This document shows positions 19,385 to 28,735 of a stretch of 64,000 nucleotides of DNA, piece after piece. The position numbers were made by a program, and so were the translations under genes. Position 1 is the stretch's first letter. Each line of letters opens with the position of its first letter. The DNA comes from Thermoproteota archaeon (GTDB taxonomy: Archaea > Korarchaeota > Korarchaeia > Korarchaeales > Korarchaeaceae): positions 51,044 to 115,043 of the forward strand of contig JAOZFI010000039.1 of the NCBI GenBank assembly GCA_027491395.1. The letters are read 5' to 3'. Under the pieces are notes generated by a model. The model did not search any database. It was not told where the DNA came from and was given only the letters and a program-made list of their open reading frames with translations.

Positions 19385-20960
19385 CCGCCAAAAGCTCCTG
19401 AGCTAAAGGAATACCGTTACCATTGAGGTCAAGTTGAAGGAGTCCGGAGGTTTTATACCTATCCGCTCCGGCCACTACGACCACTAGGGTATCGCCTTCC
19501 AAGCTCACGTGTACGACCTGCCCTCCCTCTATGAGGGAAGCCTTCTCGGCGCCGGATAGCAGAGAGGCGGCGATGTTTGAGGGCATGTTACTGTCGGTCG
19601 GAGCCTTGTGACCACCCAGCACGATGACCATATCGTAATTGCCGAACTCATCCGTGGAATTTATCCTTTGAAGGGTAACTCCTGAGGAGTTCGCAGCAGA
19701 TATGAGGTCCTCGGACGAGAGGTTCCAGTCTATATCGTTTGAGTAGACGGCCACCCTCCTGACACGGGTGGTCACATTGATCTCGTAAACCTTGTTCCTA
19801 GCTCCAGTGAACACGAGGGAGAGGACGCCTGACGCCTCTATCCCGTGGAGGGATGTAAGGGAGAGCGTGACATTGAAGGGCGGGATGCCGGACTGGGGAG
19901 AGAGGGACACGTTCAGCCATTCGGGAGAACCCAAGACCCCAGCGGATACTTCACCGCTGAAGTTCCCCGTGGGCACGACCCTCAGGGACACATTCCTCCC
20001 CAATCCGCCGACTAGATCTACTCGGGAGGGACCCACCACCGAGAAGCCCTTCCTCTCGAGGACCGTGAGGTTAACCGGAGCTGAGGCCTCCATGACGCCC
20101 TCGGCCCTTATGACCACCGTGTACTCCCCTCCGGGAGCGGTGTCCGGAACCTCCAAGTTGAGGGTGCTGTTGAACGGGGGAAACCCCTGTTGAGGAAAGA
20201 ACTCGTAGGAGAGAAAGTCAGGACCCTCCAAAGACAGGTTTATCGGTTTTGAGAGGTGGCCCGTCACGTACACCCTCATGCTTATGTTCTCTCCTTGAGT
20301 GACCACCACCTCGGGGGCCTCGAGAACGATGCTCAGCGAGGCGGCCTCATACTCTATCGTAAGAACGGGCCCGTTAGATCCACTTACCTCCGAGTAGAAC
20401 TCATAGTAGCCCTCTTGTCCCTCAGCTATCTTGACTAGGAGCCAGCCACTGCTCTTCAACTCATTGTCGACGGCAGCTTGGACATAGGACGTCAGATTTA
20501 TCTCGGCTTGTGGGAAGGAACCAGCTCCTTCGCCCCACTTCTCTATGAGATCTCCTCCCGGGTTGCTCCAAGGGAGGCCCGATCTCACACTGTTCCAAGT
20601 AGTTCCAAATATGTCTAGTTCTCCTCTCACGTCCCAGACCTCAATAGTGGGATTAGACGTGTTATATGTGGTCAGCACTAGACTAGCGTTGAGTATCTTG
20701 GAATATTGAGGTATGTGCGATCTTATCTCACCTATATCGAACCTTAAAAGAGCTCTAGCTTCCACGGTGTCGTTGCCTACTGCGGTTCTGGATACTTTGA
20801 GGACTTGAGAGCTGGCGTGAGGGGTATCAGGCTCCCAGCTGGCTATGTAACAGTCGACGTAGGACCTGACCGTAAGGGAGATACTCGCCTCCATCAATGA
20901 GACGGGAGTGAGCAGGAGGACCATCGAAAGGATAGACAGCGATCTAACAGAGACCCTCAT
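19356..20960 (-). CDS. Secreted DNRLRE/CBM96-like plus Ig-like repeat surface protein with a C-terminal S-layer/CWB2-like domain
   Basis: Signal peptide; DCYI..ARALLRFD..TW..W..PGGD..FYSE..GP.L; two PQxGxPPFNxTL repeats; VVAGADRYKT; many N-x-S/T sequons. Confidence 0.7.
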   Translation of the reverse strand: MRVSVRSLSILSMVLLLTPVSLMEASISLTVRSYVDCYIASWEPDTPHASSQVLKVSRTAVGNDTVEARALLRFDIGEIRSHIPQYSKILNASLVLTTYNTSNPTIEVWDVRGELDIFGTTWNSVRSGLPWSNPGGDLIEKWGEGAGSFPQAEINLTSYVQAAVDNELKSSGWLLVKIAEGQEGYYEFYSEVSGSNGPVLTIEYEAASLSIVLEAPEVVVTQGENISMRVYVTGHLSKPINLSLEGPDFLSYEFFPQQGFPPFNSTLNLEVPDTAPGGEYTVVIRAEGVMEASAPVNLTVLERKGFSVVGPSRVDLVGGLGRNVSLRVVPTGNFSGEVSAGVLGSPEWLNVSLSPQSGIPPFNVTLSLTSLHGIEASGVLSLVFTGARNKVYEINVTTRVRRVAVYSNDIDWNLSSEDLISAANSSGVTLQRINSTDEFGNYDMVIVLGGHKAPTDSNMPSNIAASLLSGAEKASLIEGGQVVHVSLEGDTLVVVVAGADRYKTSGLLQLDLNGNGIPLAQELLAGDPRGIRGA

Positions 20961-21741
20961 AGAATCTAGGCCTCCTGTCCCCGAAAATATCGTTCAGTTC
21001 ATTTATCTTCTTGTTATCAGCGAGCTTAGGATCTATCTCCGCCACCATCACGTGCTCCCCCTCCTTGGGGGCTTGGACAAGTACTTTCATGCTTGGATCC
21101 ACGATGAGGGATCTACCCTCATACTCGAACCTCTTCCCTCCCCTCTCCTCCACCCCGCTCCTGTCCGAGAGGATGATGTAAACCCTGTTCTCGACGGCCC
21201 TAGCTAGGTCTACTGTGGGTGCGAAGGGGAGCACGAGGTTGGAGGGGTGAGCTATGACTTGGGCGCCTTTTAGGGCTAAGGTCCTCGCTGCCTCCGGGAA
21301 TCGCCAGTCATAGCATATCATTACCCCCACCCTCATACCTGCCACATGGAACACCTGGAAGCCGGTATCTCCGGGCTCGAAGAACAGCTTCTCCTCGAAG
21401 AATAGGTGGGTCTTCCTGTAAACTCCCTTCACATCACCTTTTTCATCGATGACCACTGCTGAGTTGTAGAATTTGTCGCCATCCCTCTCCGCGAAGCCAG
21501 CGACCAAGGCGGTGGATGTCTCCTCGGCGAACTTCCTCAATTCACTCACGGTGTATCCCTCTAGATCCTCAGCTAGCTTTGAGACTTCTTCCTTACTCAG
21601 GAAGAGGTATCCGGTATTGAACAGCTCGGGAAAGACTAGGAGATCGGCCTCCACCTTGGAGGCGAGCTCTAAGGCCCTCGCCACGTTCCTCTCGACTTCA
21701 CCAAATAGGGGATCGTTCTGGACGAAACCTACCCTCTTCAT
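20944..21741 (-). CDS. Carbon-nitrogen hydrolase (nitrilase/amidase family)
   Basis: FPEL (Glu), YRKTHL (Lys), ICYD (Cys) catalytic triad. Confidence 0.93.
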   Translation of the reverse strand: MKRVGFVQNDPLFGEVERNVARALELASKVEADLLVFPELFNTGYLFLSKEEVSKLAEDLEGYTVSELRKFAEETSTALVAGFAERDGDKFYNSAVVIDEKGDVKGVYRKTHLFFEEKLFFEPGDTGFQVFHVAGMRVGVMICYDWRFPEAARTLALKGAQVIAHPSNLVLPFAPTVDLARAVENRVYIILSDRSGVEERGGKRFEYEGRSLIVDPSMKVLVQAPKEGEHVMVAEIDPKLADNKKINELNDIFGDRRPRFYEGLC

Positions 21742-21781
21742 GCGCTATCCTAGCGAGGCCTACTATCGTGCCTATTAACCT

Positions 21782-22075
21782 TCACGGGATCAGCTCCATG
21801 AGGATGAGCAGGATTATACCAGCTAGGATAAGCTTCCTACCTTTATATGTGAATATATCGCTCGCCCATAGCACCACTCCCAAGGCGATGAGTGTTCCAG
21901 CAAGGACCCTCCCTATAGAGATCGCGGACTCCTTCAACACGTTGAGTATGTTCATAATGCTCTGAGTCAACTCATTTATCGCACTCTCGAAGCTTGAAAA
22001 CGGATCTTGGGCCTTGACCACTAGAGGAGTCATTAAGAGCAATACTACAAGAGCTGAGTAGACGAGCGCCCTCAT
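21782..22075 (-). CDS. Small membrane protein, VirB2/TrbC/TedC-type pilin-like
   Basis: Cleavable signal (VVKA|QD), amphipathic helix, two TM helices joined by a short basic loop (KGRK). Confidence 0.5.
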   Translation of the reverse strand: MRALVYSALVVLLLMTPLVVKAQDPFSSFESAINELTQSIMNILNVLKESAISIGRVLAGTLIALGVVLWASDIFTYKGRKLILAGIILLILMELIP

Positions 22076-22136
22076 CGTTCCAACCGAGGGGTTATGGGAT
22101 AAGGAGGAGAATAAACGCGCTAACGACTGGAAACTT

Positions 22137-22943
22137 TCACGATCCCCTCACCCTGATCCCCCACTCCCTTATGCAGGAGAAACCCCTTCTCAACCCTCCA
22201 TCTCGTATTATGTTCGCCTCCTCGTCGAAGACAACGGCCTTGAAGGCAATAACGACCTCCTCTCCCGCGAACTCTGTGGCATAGGTGAGCCTGAGGCTTA
22301 TCCCCTCATCGGTGAGGTTCCTCCTCAGGTACCTCACGAGGGAGGTCAGTTCCTCCCTCATCTCTTGGGGGGCTGCGGTGACATTCTCCTCACTCGAAAA
22401 AGCTTTCCTGACTATTTCTATGGTCCGGTGTCTTAGACCGGTGAGGACCTCCCTGATGAGGAAGTAAGCAGTGGGCTGGCAGGCCCCGACATCGAAGTAC
22501 CTCCTCGCCTTGATGCCGAGTAAATCATCCCTAATCGTTAGCCTCGACGATGCAGCGACTTTTATCCCTCCATCCCTGCAGTAACCTCCGAAGGCCTGAT
22601 CTGAGGAATCGCCCTCTCTTGACTCGTCTATTGAGTAATGAAGATCCCCCGTCAGGGAGAAACCCTTACTCATCATGTCCTCCCTCAGGAGTTGAACGAA
22701 CAGACTACCGTTCGGAGGCGGGGGAAGCTCCTCGCAGGCCGTCGAGTTTACTCCTGCGAGCCACCTATCCACCCATGACCTAGCAAAGATCAGGGATCGA
22801 GCTTTGAGCGTATCGGCTTCCGCACTCATCTCATACATCCTCAACTCCCCCATGTAGAGGAACCAGTCCTCATCGGAGCGCGGCACGTTGACTAAGAAGG
22901 AGGCCGTGAGGAGGGCGATAAGGATGAGGACAAGCTCCTTCAT
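22137..22943 (-). CDS. Membrane-anchored extracellular protein, pilin-cluster member
   Basis: N-terminal hydrophobic helix, four Cys, N-glycosylation sequons; ATGA overlap with the upstream gene. Confidence 0.6.
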   Translation of the reverse strand: MKELVLILIALLTASFLVNVPRSDEDWFLYMGELRMYEMSAEADTLKARSLIFARSWVDRWLAGVNSTACEELPPPPNGSLFVQLLREDMMSKGFSLTGDLHYSIDESREGDSSDQAFGGYCRDGGIKVAASSRLTIRDDLLGIKARRYFDVGACQPTAYFLIREVLTGLRHRTIEIVRKAFSSEENVTAAPQEMREELTSLVRYLRRNLTDEGISLRLTYATEFAGEEVVIAFKAVVFDEEANIIRDGGLRRGFSCIREWGIRVRGS

Positions 22944-23215
22944 GGTGAACCAACCCTCATCTTCTTAGATGGCGAGGTTCCGGGTATCAGAACGCAGTAA
23001 TAGATCCCCTTCTCGCCCCCGCACGTGCTTACGAGCTCTCCCTGCCCCGATTGACCAAGGAGGATCCTATATCCGAGCTCGTTCACCGTCCTCTTAAGAT
23101 CGCTGCATGCCCTAGCTTTCCACCTCACCTGCCAGCCGAGATGAACTCTAGTCGGGATCACCAAGACGTAGGACACGACGATTATTGAGATTAACGCAGC
23201 AAGCATCCATTTCAA
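22940..23215 (-). CDS. Small N-terminally anchored protein, minor-pilin-like
   Basis: Hydrophobic N-terminus, three Cys; TTGA and ATGA overlaps on either side. Confidence 0.55.
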   Translation of the reverse strand: MKWMLAALISIIVVSYVLVIPTRVHLGWQVRWKARACSDLKRTVNELGYRILLGQSGQGELVSTCGGEKGIYYCVLIPGTSPSKKMRVGSP

Positions 23216-23295
23216 CCTAGAGCACCCGCCAAAGCCATCAAGAGTAGGGCCACTAGGAACATGGTCAATAATGACTCTAAGAGCTCCTCTAGCAT
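23212..23295 (-). CDS. 27-aa single-helix miniprotein MLEELLESLLTMFLVALLLMALAGALG (not in ORF track)
   Basis: Fills the operon gap exactly; ATG overlaps the end of the upstream gene and TGA overlaps the downstream TTG. Confidence 0.55.
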   Translation of the reverse strand: MLEELLESLLTMFLVALLLMALAGALG

Positions 23296-23495
23296 CCCAC
23301 GACCCTCCTCAGATAGTCGGAAGCGTCCAAGTCCAGCGAGTCAGCGAGTTTCCTTAACTTCCGCTGAGCCTCGACCATTCTAGTACAATCGCGACTCTTA
23401 AGGGCGGGGGTGAGGGAGGACAGGGCAAGTAGCACGATCAATAGAAGAGCGATCAGCGATATAAAGGAGAAAGAAGCGCTTAATCCCTCCTCCAT
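23289..23495 (-). CDS. Small pilin-like protein (MEEG|LSASFSF..)
   Basis: Gly followed by an ~25-residue hydrophobic helix, class III signal-like; overlaps both neighbours. Confidence 0.55.
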   Translation of the reverse strand: MEEGLSASFSFISLIALLLIVLLALSSLTPALKSRDCTRMVEAQRKLRKLADSLDLDASDYLRRVVGC

Positions 23496-23872
23496 GCTCC
23501 CGCCCATCCCAAGGATACGTACTGCTCCCGCCAAACGCTGACGAACCTGCCGAAACCCACAGCTTCACCGTGACACCTGACTTCGAAGGGATATCTGAGG
23601 CTGGCAGAGGCGTTCCCCGAGCTCACCCTGACCAAGTGCCCGCTGCAGGAAAAGCTCACCTTACACGGGAGGTACACGTAAGTCTCCGAGAGTCCTCCCC
23701 CTAGCGAATTGGTTATGGCCAAATCTATGGATCTGATGGCTGTATTCACACAATTCACGGATCTCTTCTCATCTAGCGATTTCATGGCCCTGCTGACCGG
23801 TCCATTGACGGAGTAAAGTATGAGGGCCAACCCTGCCGCCATTAGGAGGGCCCTCTCTAGGGAAGCCCTCAT
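23480..23872 (-). CDS. Archaeal type IV minor-pilin-like protein (MRA|SLE..)
   Basis: RA|SLE, hydrophobic helix, amphipathic helix, GGG..VYLP beta-domain with Cys pairs. Confidence 0.6.
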   Translation of the reverse strand: MRASLERALLMAAGLALILYSVNGPVSRAMKSLDEKRSVNCVNTAIRSIDLAITNSLGGGLSETYVYLPCKVSFSCSGHLVRVSSGNASASLRYPFEVRCHGEAVGFGRFVSVWREQYVSLGWAGAWRRD

Positions 23873-23997
23873 CTCCTCATCCTCCACCACGCCAGTAGGT
23901 ACGCTGCTGCGGCTGCTATCGGGTAAAGGGAAGGATCGATCATTAGGGAGGCAGCCAGAGCGGCAGGAAGCAGGACTAAAAGGAATGCTCCTCTCAT
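23869..23997 (-). CDS. 42-aa hydrophobic miniprotein MRGAFLLVLL..WWRMRR (not in ORF track)
   Basis: GGAGGT SD at 24001-24006; ATGA overlap with the next gene. Confidence 0.55.
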   Translation of the reverse strand: MRGAFLLVLLPAALAASLMIDPSLYPIAAAAAYLLAWWRMRR

Positions 23998-24065
23998 AGG
24001 ACCTCCATCATTATAAGAGGGAGGGATAATGAACGATCGAAAATCGCGTTAAAATCGGAAAAATT

Positions 24066-25484
24066 TCAGGATGCCGGCCACTTCCTCCTCCTGAACTTGG
24101 TGAGGGCGAAATAGGCTACGAGAGCGACCACTATTCCGATTACCAGTCCCCAATACGGTGAAATCCCTTCACTGGGTGTCGAAAAGCTGACGGCGACAGC
24201 AGCAGAGGCGACTGCCACCCCGTAGCTCAACACCGTGACGGTGTAGTTTCCCGGGCTCACTCCTTTGAACACTATTAGTTGACTGGAGCCAGGATCCAGT
24301 GTGACGGAGCTGTGGTCGATCTCCTCTCCCTCCCTGAGCAGGACGATATCAAACGTTCCAAGTACGCCGCCGACGTTAGTTAGGTTGACCTCTATCGTTC
24401 CGTCGGAGGGCGAGGCTGACAGGGAGACTGGGAGAGGCATGACTTGGAATGAGAGCGAGTGATCGTTATTCGCCCTGTTAACATCCACCCCATCTAAGGG
24501 TATAAGAGAGACCGTTAACGTGTGATTCCCGACCGCCAGCTCTAAGGTTGGGATCTCCACATCGGCGAAGCTCTCTCCCTTGGGAGGTAAGGTATCGAGA
24601 AGCTGGGAGTCGATCAGCATGTCGTCCACGTACACGGAGACATTTACTCTGGAGGGAGATGGACCCTCGTTCATCACCCTGATCTTACCAGAGAGGACCT
24701 CGCCCCTCTGAACCCTCTTGGGGATCGAGACCTCCTTGACGAGGACATCGCATGATGGTCTGACTTGCACCTCGGCTGAGGCCTGGCTGTAAGGCCTGTC
24801 CCCCTTCGTTATCAGGGCGGTCAATTTGATGGTCCCAGCTGACAGGGGAGCGAAAGGGAACTCAGCCATAGATATGGATTTGGGGGGAACGTAGACGCCC
24901 TGTGCTCCTATCTCCGTATCGTTAACGAACAGCCTCACTCTTAGATCGAGCGCGTCACCCGAGGGGTTCGGGATGTGGACCTTCACGAAGTAGTCCCTTC
25001 CTTGGATCATCTCCCTCTCTACATCGATAAACGCCTCGACCAGCGGAATTACAGAGAACTTCATCTTATAGGTGTTGTCTTCGGGACGCGGGTCCCCGTA
25101 TTCCTTGGGCTCCACCGTCACCTTCAGGTCATGCACTCCTACGGTGAGGTTAGATGTTGGGACTCTCGTAGTGACGGTCGTGTATCCCCCGGACGGAATT
25201 GGGATGGATCCCTTGGACACATTACCTATTTCCCAAAACTCCACAACCTTAAGATCCTCATCCACGTAGACGCTCACCTTGACGATCCCGGAGAAGACCT
25301 TGGACTCTTTGTTCCTGATGTAGATAGTGAGAGTGAGGGGCTGTCCTTGCTGCACCTCTCCGTTAAGGGGCAGTACCGTTATCCTGTCTATAGAGAGGTC
25401 CCAGTGCTGCTGGGAGGTAGCATGAGCCAGCGACATCATGAGGAGAGGGATGAGCAGCAGTAGGATCCCTGACTTAGACGACAT
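24066..25484 (-). CDS. CARDB/Ig-like repeat surface protein
   Basis: Signal peptide; repeated DLxI..IRN..V.VYVD..G.H.L.V..DN pattern; C-terminal TM and basic tail. Confidence 0.78.
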   Translation of the reverse strand: MSSKSGILLLLIPLLMMSLAHATSQQHWDLSIDRITVLPLNGEVQQGQPLTLTIYIRNKESKVFSGIVKVSVYVDEDLKVVEFWEIGNVSKGSIPIPSGGYTTVTTRVPTSNLTVGVHDLKVTVEPKEYGDPRPEDNTYKMKFSVIPLVEAFIDVEREMIQGRDYFVKVHIPNPSGDALDLRVRLFVNDTEIGAQGVYVPPKSISMAEFPFAPLSAGTIKLTALITKGDRPYSQASAEVQVRPSCDVLVKEVSIPKRVQRGEVLSGKIRVMNEGPSPSRVNVSVYVDDMLIDSQLLDTLPPKGESFADVEIPTLELAVGNHTLTVSLIPLDGVDVNRANNDHSLSFQVMPLPVSLSASPSDGTIEVNLTNVGGVLGTFDIVLLREGEEIDHSSVTLDPGSSQLIVFKGVSPGNYTVTVLSYGVAVASAAVAVSFSTPSEGISPYWGLVIGIVVALVAYFALTKFRRRKWPAS

Positions 25485-25592
25485 CCCTCACCTCTCCCTC
25501 CACCAATTAAATACGTTTGTTCGATCCTAGCCTATCCCCCTCACGACCGACAGGATTATGAGTTCAAAGAGGAGCGATGTCCGGGTGCGATC

Positions 25593-26300
25593 ATGTCGGA
25601 GCTGCTCTACATGGATGACTCCTACCTGAAGGAATTCGAGGCAGAGGTCGTTGAGGTATCGGGGGACAGGGTCGTGCTCGATAGGACGGCTTTCTATCCC
25701 GTCGGTGGCGGATTACCCAGCGACACGGGCGTCCTTTTGAAGGGAAGCGAGGAGTACCGGGTCGAGGAGGCGAGGAAGGAGGGAGGCAAGGTCTGGCACA
25801 TAGTCCCCGGACACTCACTCTCGCCGGGAGATGGAGTGAGGGGAGTGATCGACTGGGACAGGAGGTACAGGGTGATGAGGATGCACACGGCACTCCACGC
25901 CCTCATAGCGGTGATGAATCAGAAGTTCGGGGTACTCGTGACAGGAAACAAGGTGGCTCCAGATAGGAGCAGGGTGGATGTCAATTTAGAGAAGCCGGAT
26001 AGGGAGCTAGTGGAGAAAGTAATTGCCGAAACGAACGAGGAGCTGGCCAAGGGACTTCCGGTCAAGATCTACTACCTTCCTAGGGAGGAAGCCATGAAGA
26101 TACCCGGCATAGTGAAGCTGGCCAAAGCTCTCCCCCCAAGCGTTCAGAAGCTCAGGATAGTCGAGATAGAGGGGCTGGACATCCAGGCGGACGGTGGCCC
26201 TCATGTCTCTAATACGAAGGAGGTAGGGAGGATAGTTTTCCTGAAGTTGGAGAACAAGGGGAAGAACAACAGGAGGATCCACTTCACCCTCGAACCCTGA
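25593..26300 (+). CDS. alaXM: Free-standing alanyl-tRNA editing protein AlaX-M
   Basis: LDRTAFYPVGGG..DTG, MRMHTALH, ADGGPHV. Confidence 0.92.
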   Translation: MSELLYMDDSYLKEFEAEVVEVSGDRVVLDRTAFYPVGGGLPSDTGVLLKGSEEYRVEEARKEGGKVWHIVPGHSLSPGDGVRGVIDWDRRYRVMRMHTALHALIAVMNQKFGVLVTGNKVAPDRSRVDVNLEKPDRELVEKVIAETNEELAKGLPVKIYYLPREEAMKIPGIVKLAKALPPSVQKLRIVEIEGLDIQADGGPHVSNTKEVGRIVFLKLENKGKNNRRIHFTLEP

Positions 26301-26354
26301 GGAGAACGACAAAAAGCTCAAAGGATTTATCCGTGCTCCGAGGTGTCACCTCTC

Positions 26355-27278
26355 ATGAAGCTTCTCGGCGAACTACTATCGAGGATCAGAGGGAGCGAGG
26401 GAGGAGAGAGGAAAGAAGACATAGAGGACATCCTGAAGAAAGCTCTGAGAGGGGAAGTTCTAGAGTTCGAGGAAGCCATGTCCTTCCTTGGAGCCGTCGA
26501 GGCCAAGCTGTCGAGGGAACCCCAAGTGAAGAGGGTCAGAGGAAAGGTGGTGTTCATTGGAGACACCCATGGTGACTTCAACTCATCCAAGGAGGTCCTC
26601 AGAAAATTCAAGGACCACAAACTCGTGTTCCTTGGCGATTACGTTGATAGGGGGAAGAAGCAAATAGAGAACGTTAACTTCCTTCTAGCCCACTACTACA
26701 TAGATCGGGATAGAGTGATACTGCTCAGGGGAAACCACGAATCTCCTGTGGTCAACCTGAATTACGGATTCATGGAAACGCTCTATCACACGTACGGCTC
26801 GGAGTGGCCCTTCCTGTTCATGAGGTATAATGAGGTGTTCGCCAACCTTCCGTACGCTGCTGAGGTCTCTGGCCTACTCGCCCTTCACGGCGGGATAGCT
26901 GAGGGATTGGAGTCGGTGAAGCAGATAAGGAAGCTACCGAAGAAGGACATGATACCCAGCGACAAAATAGCATTTCAACTTCTATGGAACGATCCCTATG
27001 AAGGGATAGAGGGCTTCGGAGAGAACTACAGCAGGGGAGGTGGCACCAAGTACTACGGAAGGAAGGCCCTCGAATCCTTCCTTAAATCTAACGGTCTGAA
27101 AGGACTGGTTAGAGCTCACGAGGCCTACCCAGAAGGCTACGCCTGGCTCTTTGACGGTGAAACCGGGATAGAGGGCATGGAGAGCATACTATTATCAGTC
27201 TTCACATGTAGGTATTACGGCATCCCGCCCACGGTGGCGGTGTTCGATGGCAAGAAGGTGGAGGTCGTCAGGCTATGA
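26355..27278 (+). CDS. PPP-family Ser/Thr protein phosphatase
   Basis: GDTHG, GDYVDRG, LRGNHE, HGG, LWNDP, RAHE. Confidence 0.92.
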   Translation: MKLLGELLSRIRGSEGGERKEDIEDILKKALRGEVLEFEEAMSFLGAVEAKLSREPQVKRVRGKVVFIGDTHGDFNSSKEVLRKFKDHKLVFLGDYVDRGKKQIENVNFLLAHYYIDRDRVILLRGNHESPVVNLNYGFMETLYHTYGSEWPFLFMRYNEVFANLPYAAEVSGLLALHGGIAEGLESVKQIRKLPKKDMIPSDKIAFQLLWNDPYEGIEGFGENYSRGGGTKYYGRKALESFLKSNGLKGLVRAHEAYPEGYAWLFDGETGIEGMESILLSVFTCRYYGIPPTVAVFDGKKVEVVRL

Positions 27279-28000
27279 GGCACGCCCTGCCCATCGCGTT
27301 GTTGATCCTAGTTATGATTCCCCTCCTAACATCGCTGGCTCTCCCACGGGAGGGAGAGGAGGCCCCCTATTTCAATGTCTCGACCTATGAGGGAGACAGA
27401 GTATCCCCAGAGAGGTTGAAAGGAAAGGTCTTCGTGCTCGTATTCGCAGCGGAATGGTGTCCCCACTGCAGAGAGGAGCTTCCTGCCCTATCCAGAGCTT
27501 GGAAGGATGCTGGTCTGGATAGAGAGGGTACGATGTGCGTCGTGATGATAGTTTCCAGCTCGCAGGATAAGGCCATAAAGTTCTACAAATCCGTCGAACC
27601 CCCATCCAACTGGAGGTTAGTGCCAGATGCCAATTACATCGCCGAGAAGTACGGCGTGAATGCGGTTCCGACGATGATAGTGGTAGACCAAGAGGGAAAG
27701 GTCGCGAAGATCTTCAGAGGAGCGGTTCCTCCCCAGCAAATAACGAATCTGGTCGCTGACCTTATAGGGGTAACGCCCCAACAGGGTAACTACACCTCTC
27801 CCTCGCCCAGTGCAACGCAGACGCATGTGAGCACTACTCCGAGCGAGGAGAACAATGGTCTGGGTCTGAAGCCGGGTCACATAATCCTGATAGGCTTGGG
27901 AGTTGCCCTCGTCGTCATATTCGGCATCTGGTACTACAGAACCCTTAAGAAGTTCGAAACATCGAAGAAGGGAAAAAAGAAGGGTAAGAGCAAAAAATGA
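27275..28000 (+). CDS. Exported TlpA/ResA-like thiol-disulfide oxidoreductase with a C-terminal TM anchor
   Basis: Signal peptide, WCPHC, AVPT cis-Pro, S/T-rich linker, TM and Lys-rich tail. Confidence 0.88.
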   Translation: MRHALPIALLILVMIPLLTSLALPREGEEAPYFNVSTYEGDRVSPERLKGKVFVLVFAAEWCPHCREELPALSRAWKDAGLDREGTMCVVMIVSSSQDKAIKFYKSVEPPSNWRLVPDANYIAEKYGVNAVPTMIVVDQEGKVAKIFRGAVPPQQITNLVADLIGVTPQQGNYTSPSPSATQTHVSTTPSEENNGLGLKPGHIILIGLGVALVVIFGIWYYRTLKKFETSKKGKKKGKSKK

Positions 28001-28710
28001 GGAAGCAGGAGGATGATAATTGGGAGGGGAGGGCCCTCTCCTTCCTGTTGACAGCCACCGTCCTCATGATGGCAATCCCAACCCCCTATCTCAGGGCCTT
28101 CCTCTCACTCATCATCTTCGCTCTACTGGTTAAGTACCATGGGGAAGACCCTAAGATAGGTACCCTGAAGGGATCCGTGACCGCGTCTATCCTTGCGTTT
28201 GCAATGACCTTGCCCCTCCTACTATTCTCCCAACTTGAATTCTCAGGTTTCGATCCTGCATTTCTACTCAGCATGATCCCCTTCCATCTCTCAGTTGCTG
28301 TGTGGGAGGAAGTTGTCTACAGGGGATATCCCCTCCTGAGGTTTTCACGCACAAGTCTCCTAGCATCATCCCTGGCCTTCTCTCTCATCCACGCATTCAA
28401 CCCGGGATTCGGATTGCAGGCCTTCTTGGGCGTATTCGTAGCCGGTCTAGCTCTAGGGTTGATGAGGCGAGAGTGGGGTCTCGGACCTGCAATGTCGATG
28501 CACTTCTCGTGGAACATATTAATGGAGCACCTCTGGGGATATCCCACGAGTGGATTGCGGGGACCCAGCGTATTCGTATCAAAACTCGTCGGATCAGATA
28601 TCTTGACTGGTGGAGATTTCGGACCTGAGGCCTCTATTATAGTGATGATCGAGTTCTTTTCGCTCTTCTTGGCCTTTCTATCTATATTGCAAAGGGACCG
28701 CTTACCTTAA
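27997..28710 (+). CDS. CPBP/Abi (CAAX type II) intramembrane glutamic protease
   Basis: EEVVYRGY, FSLIH, HFSWN motifs. Confidence 0.9.
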   Translation: MRKQEDDNWEGRALSFLLTATVLMMAIPTPYLRAFLSLIIFALLVKYHGEDPKIGTLKGSVTASILAFAMTLPLLLFSQLEFSGFDPAFLLSMIPFHLSVAVWEEVVYRGYPLLRFSRTSLLASSLAFSLIHAFNPGFGLQAFLGVFVAGLALGLMRREWGLGPAMSMHFSWNILMEHLWGYPTSGLRGPSVFVSKLVGSDILTGGDFGPEASIIVMIEFFSLFLAFLSILQRDRLP

Positions 28711-28735
28711 AGGTTTTCATCCGCATTCAACGCCT

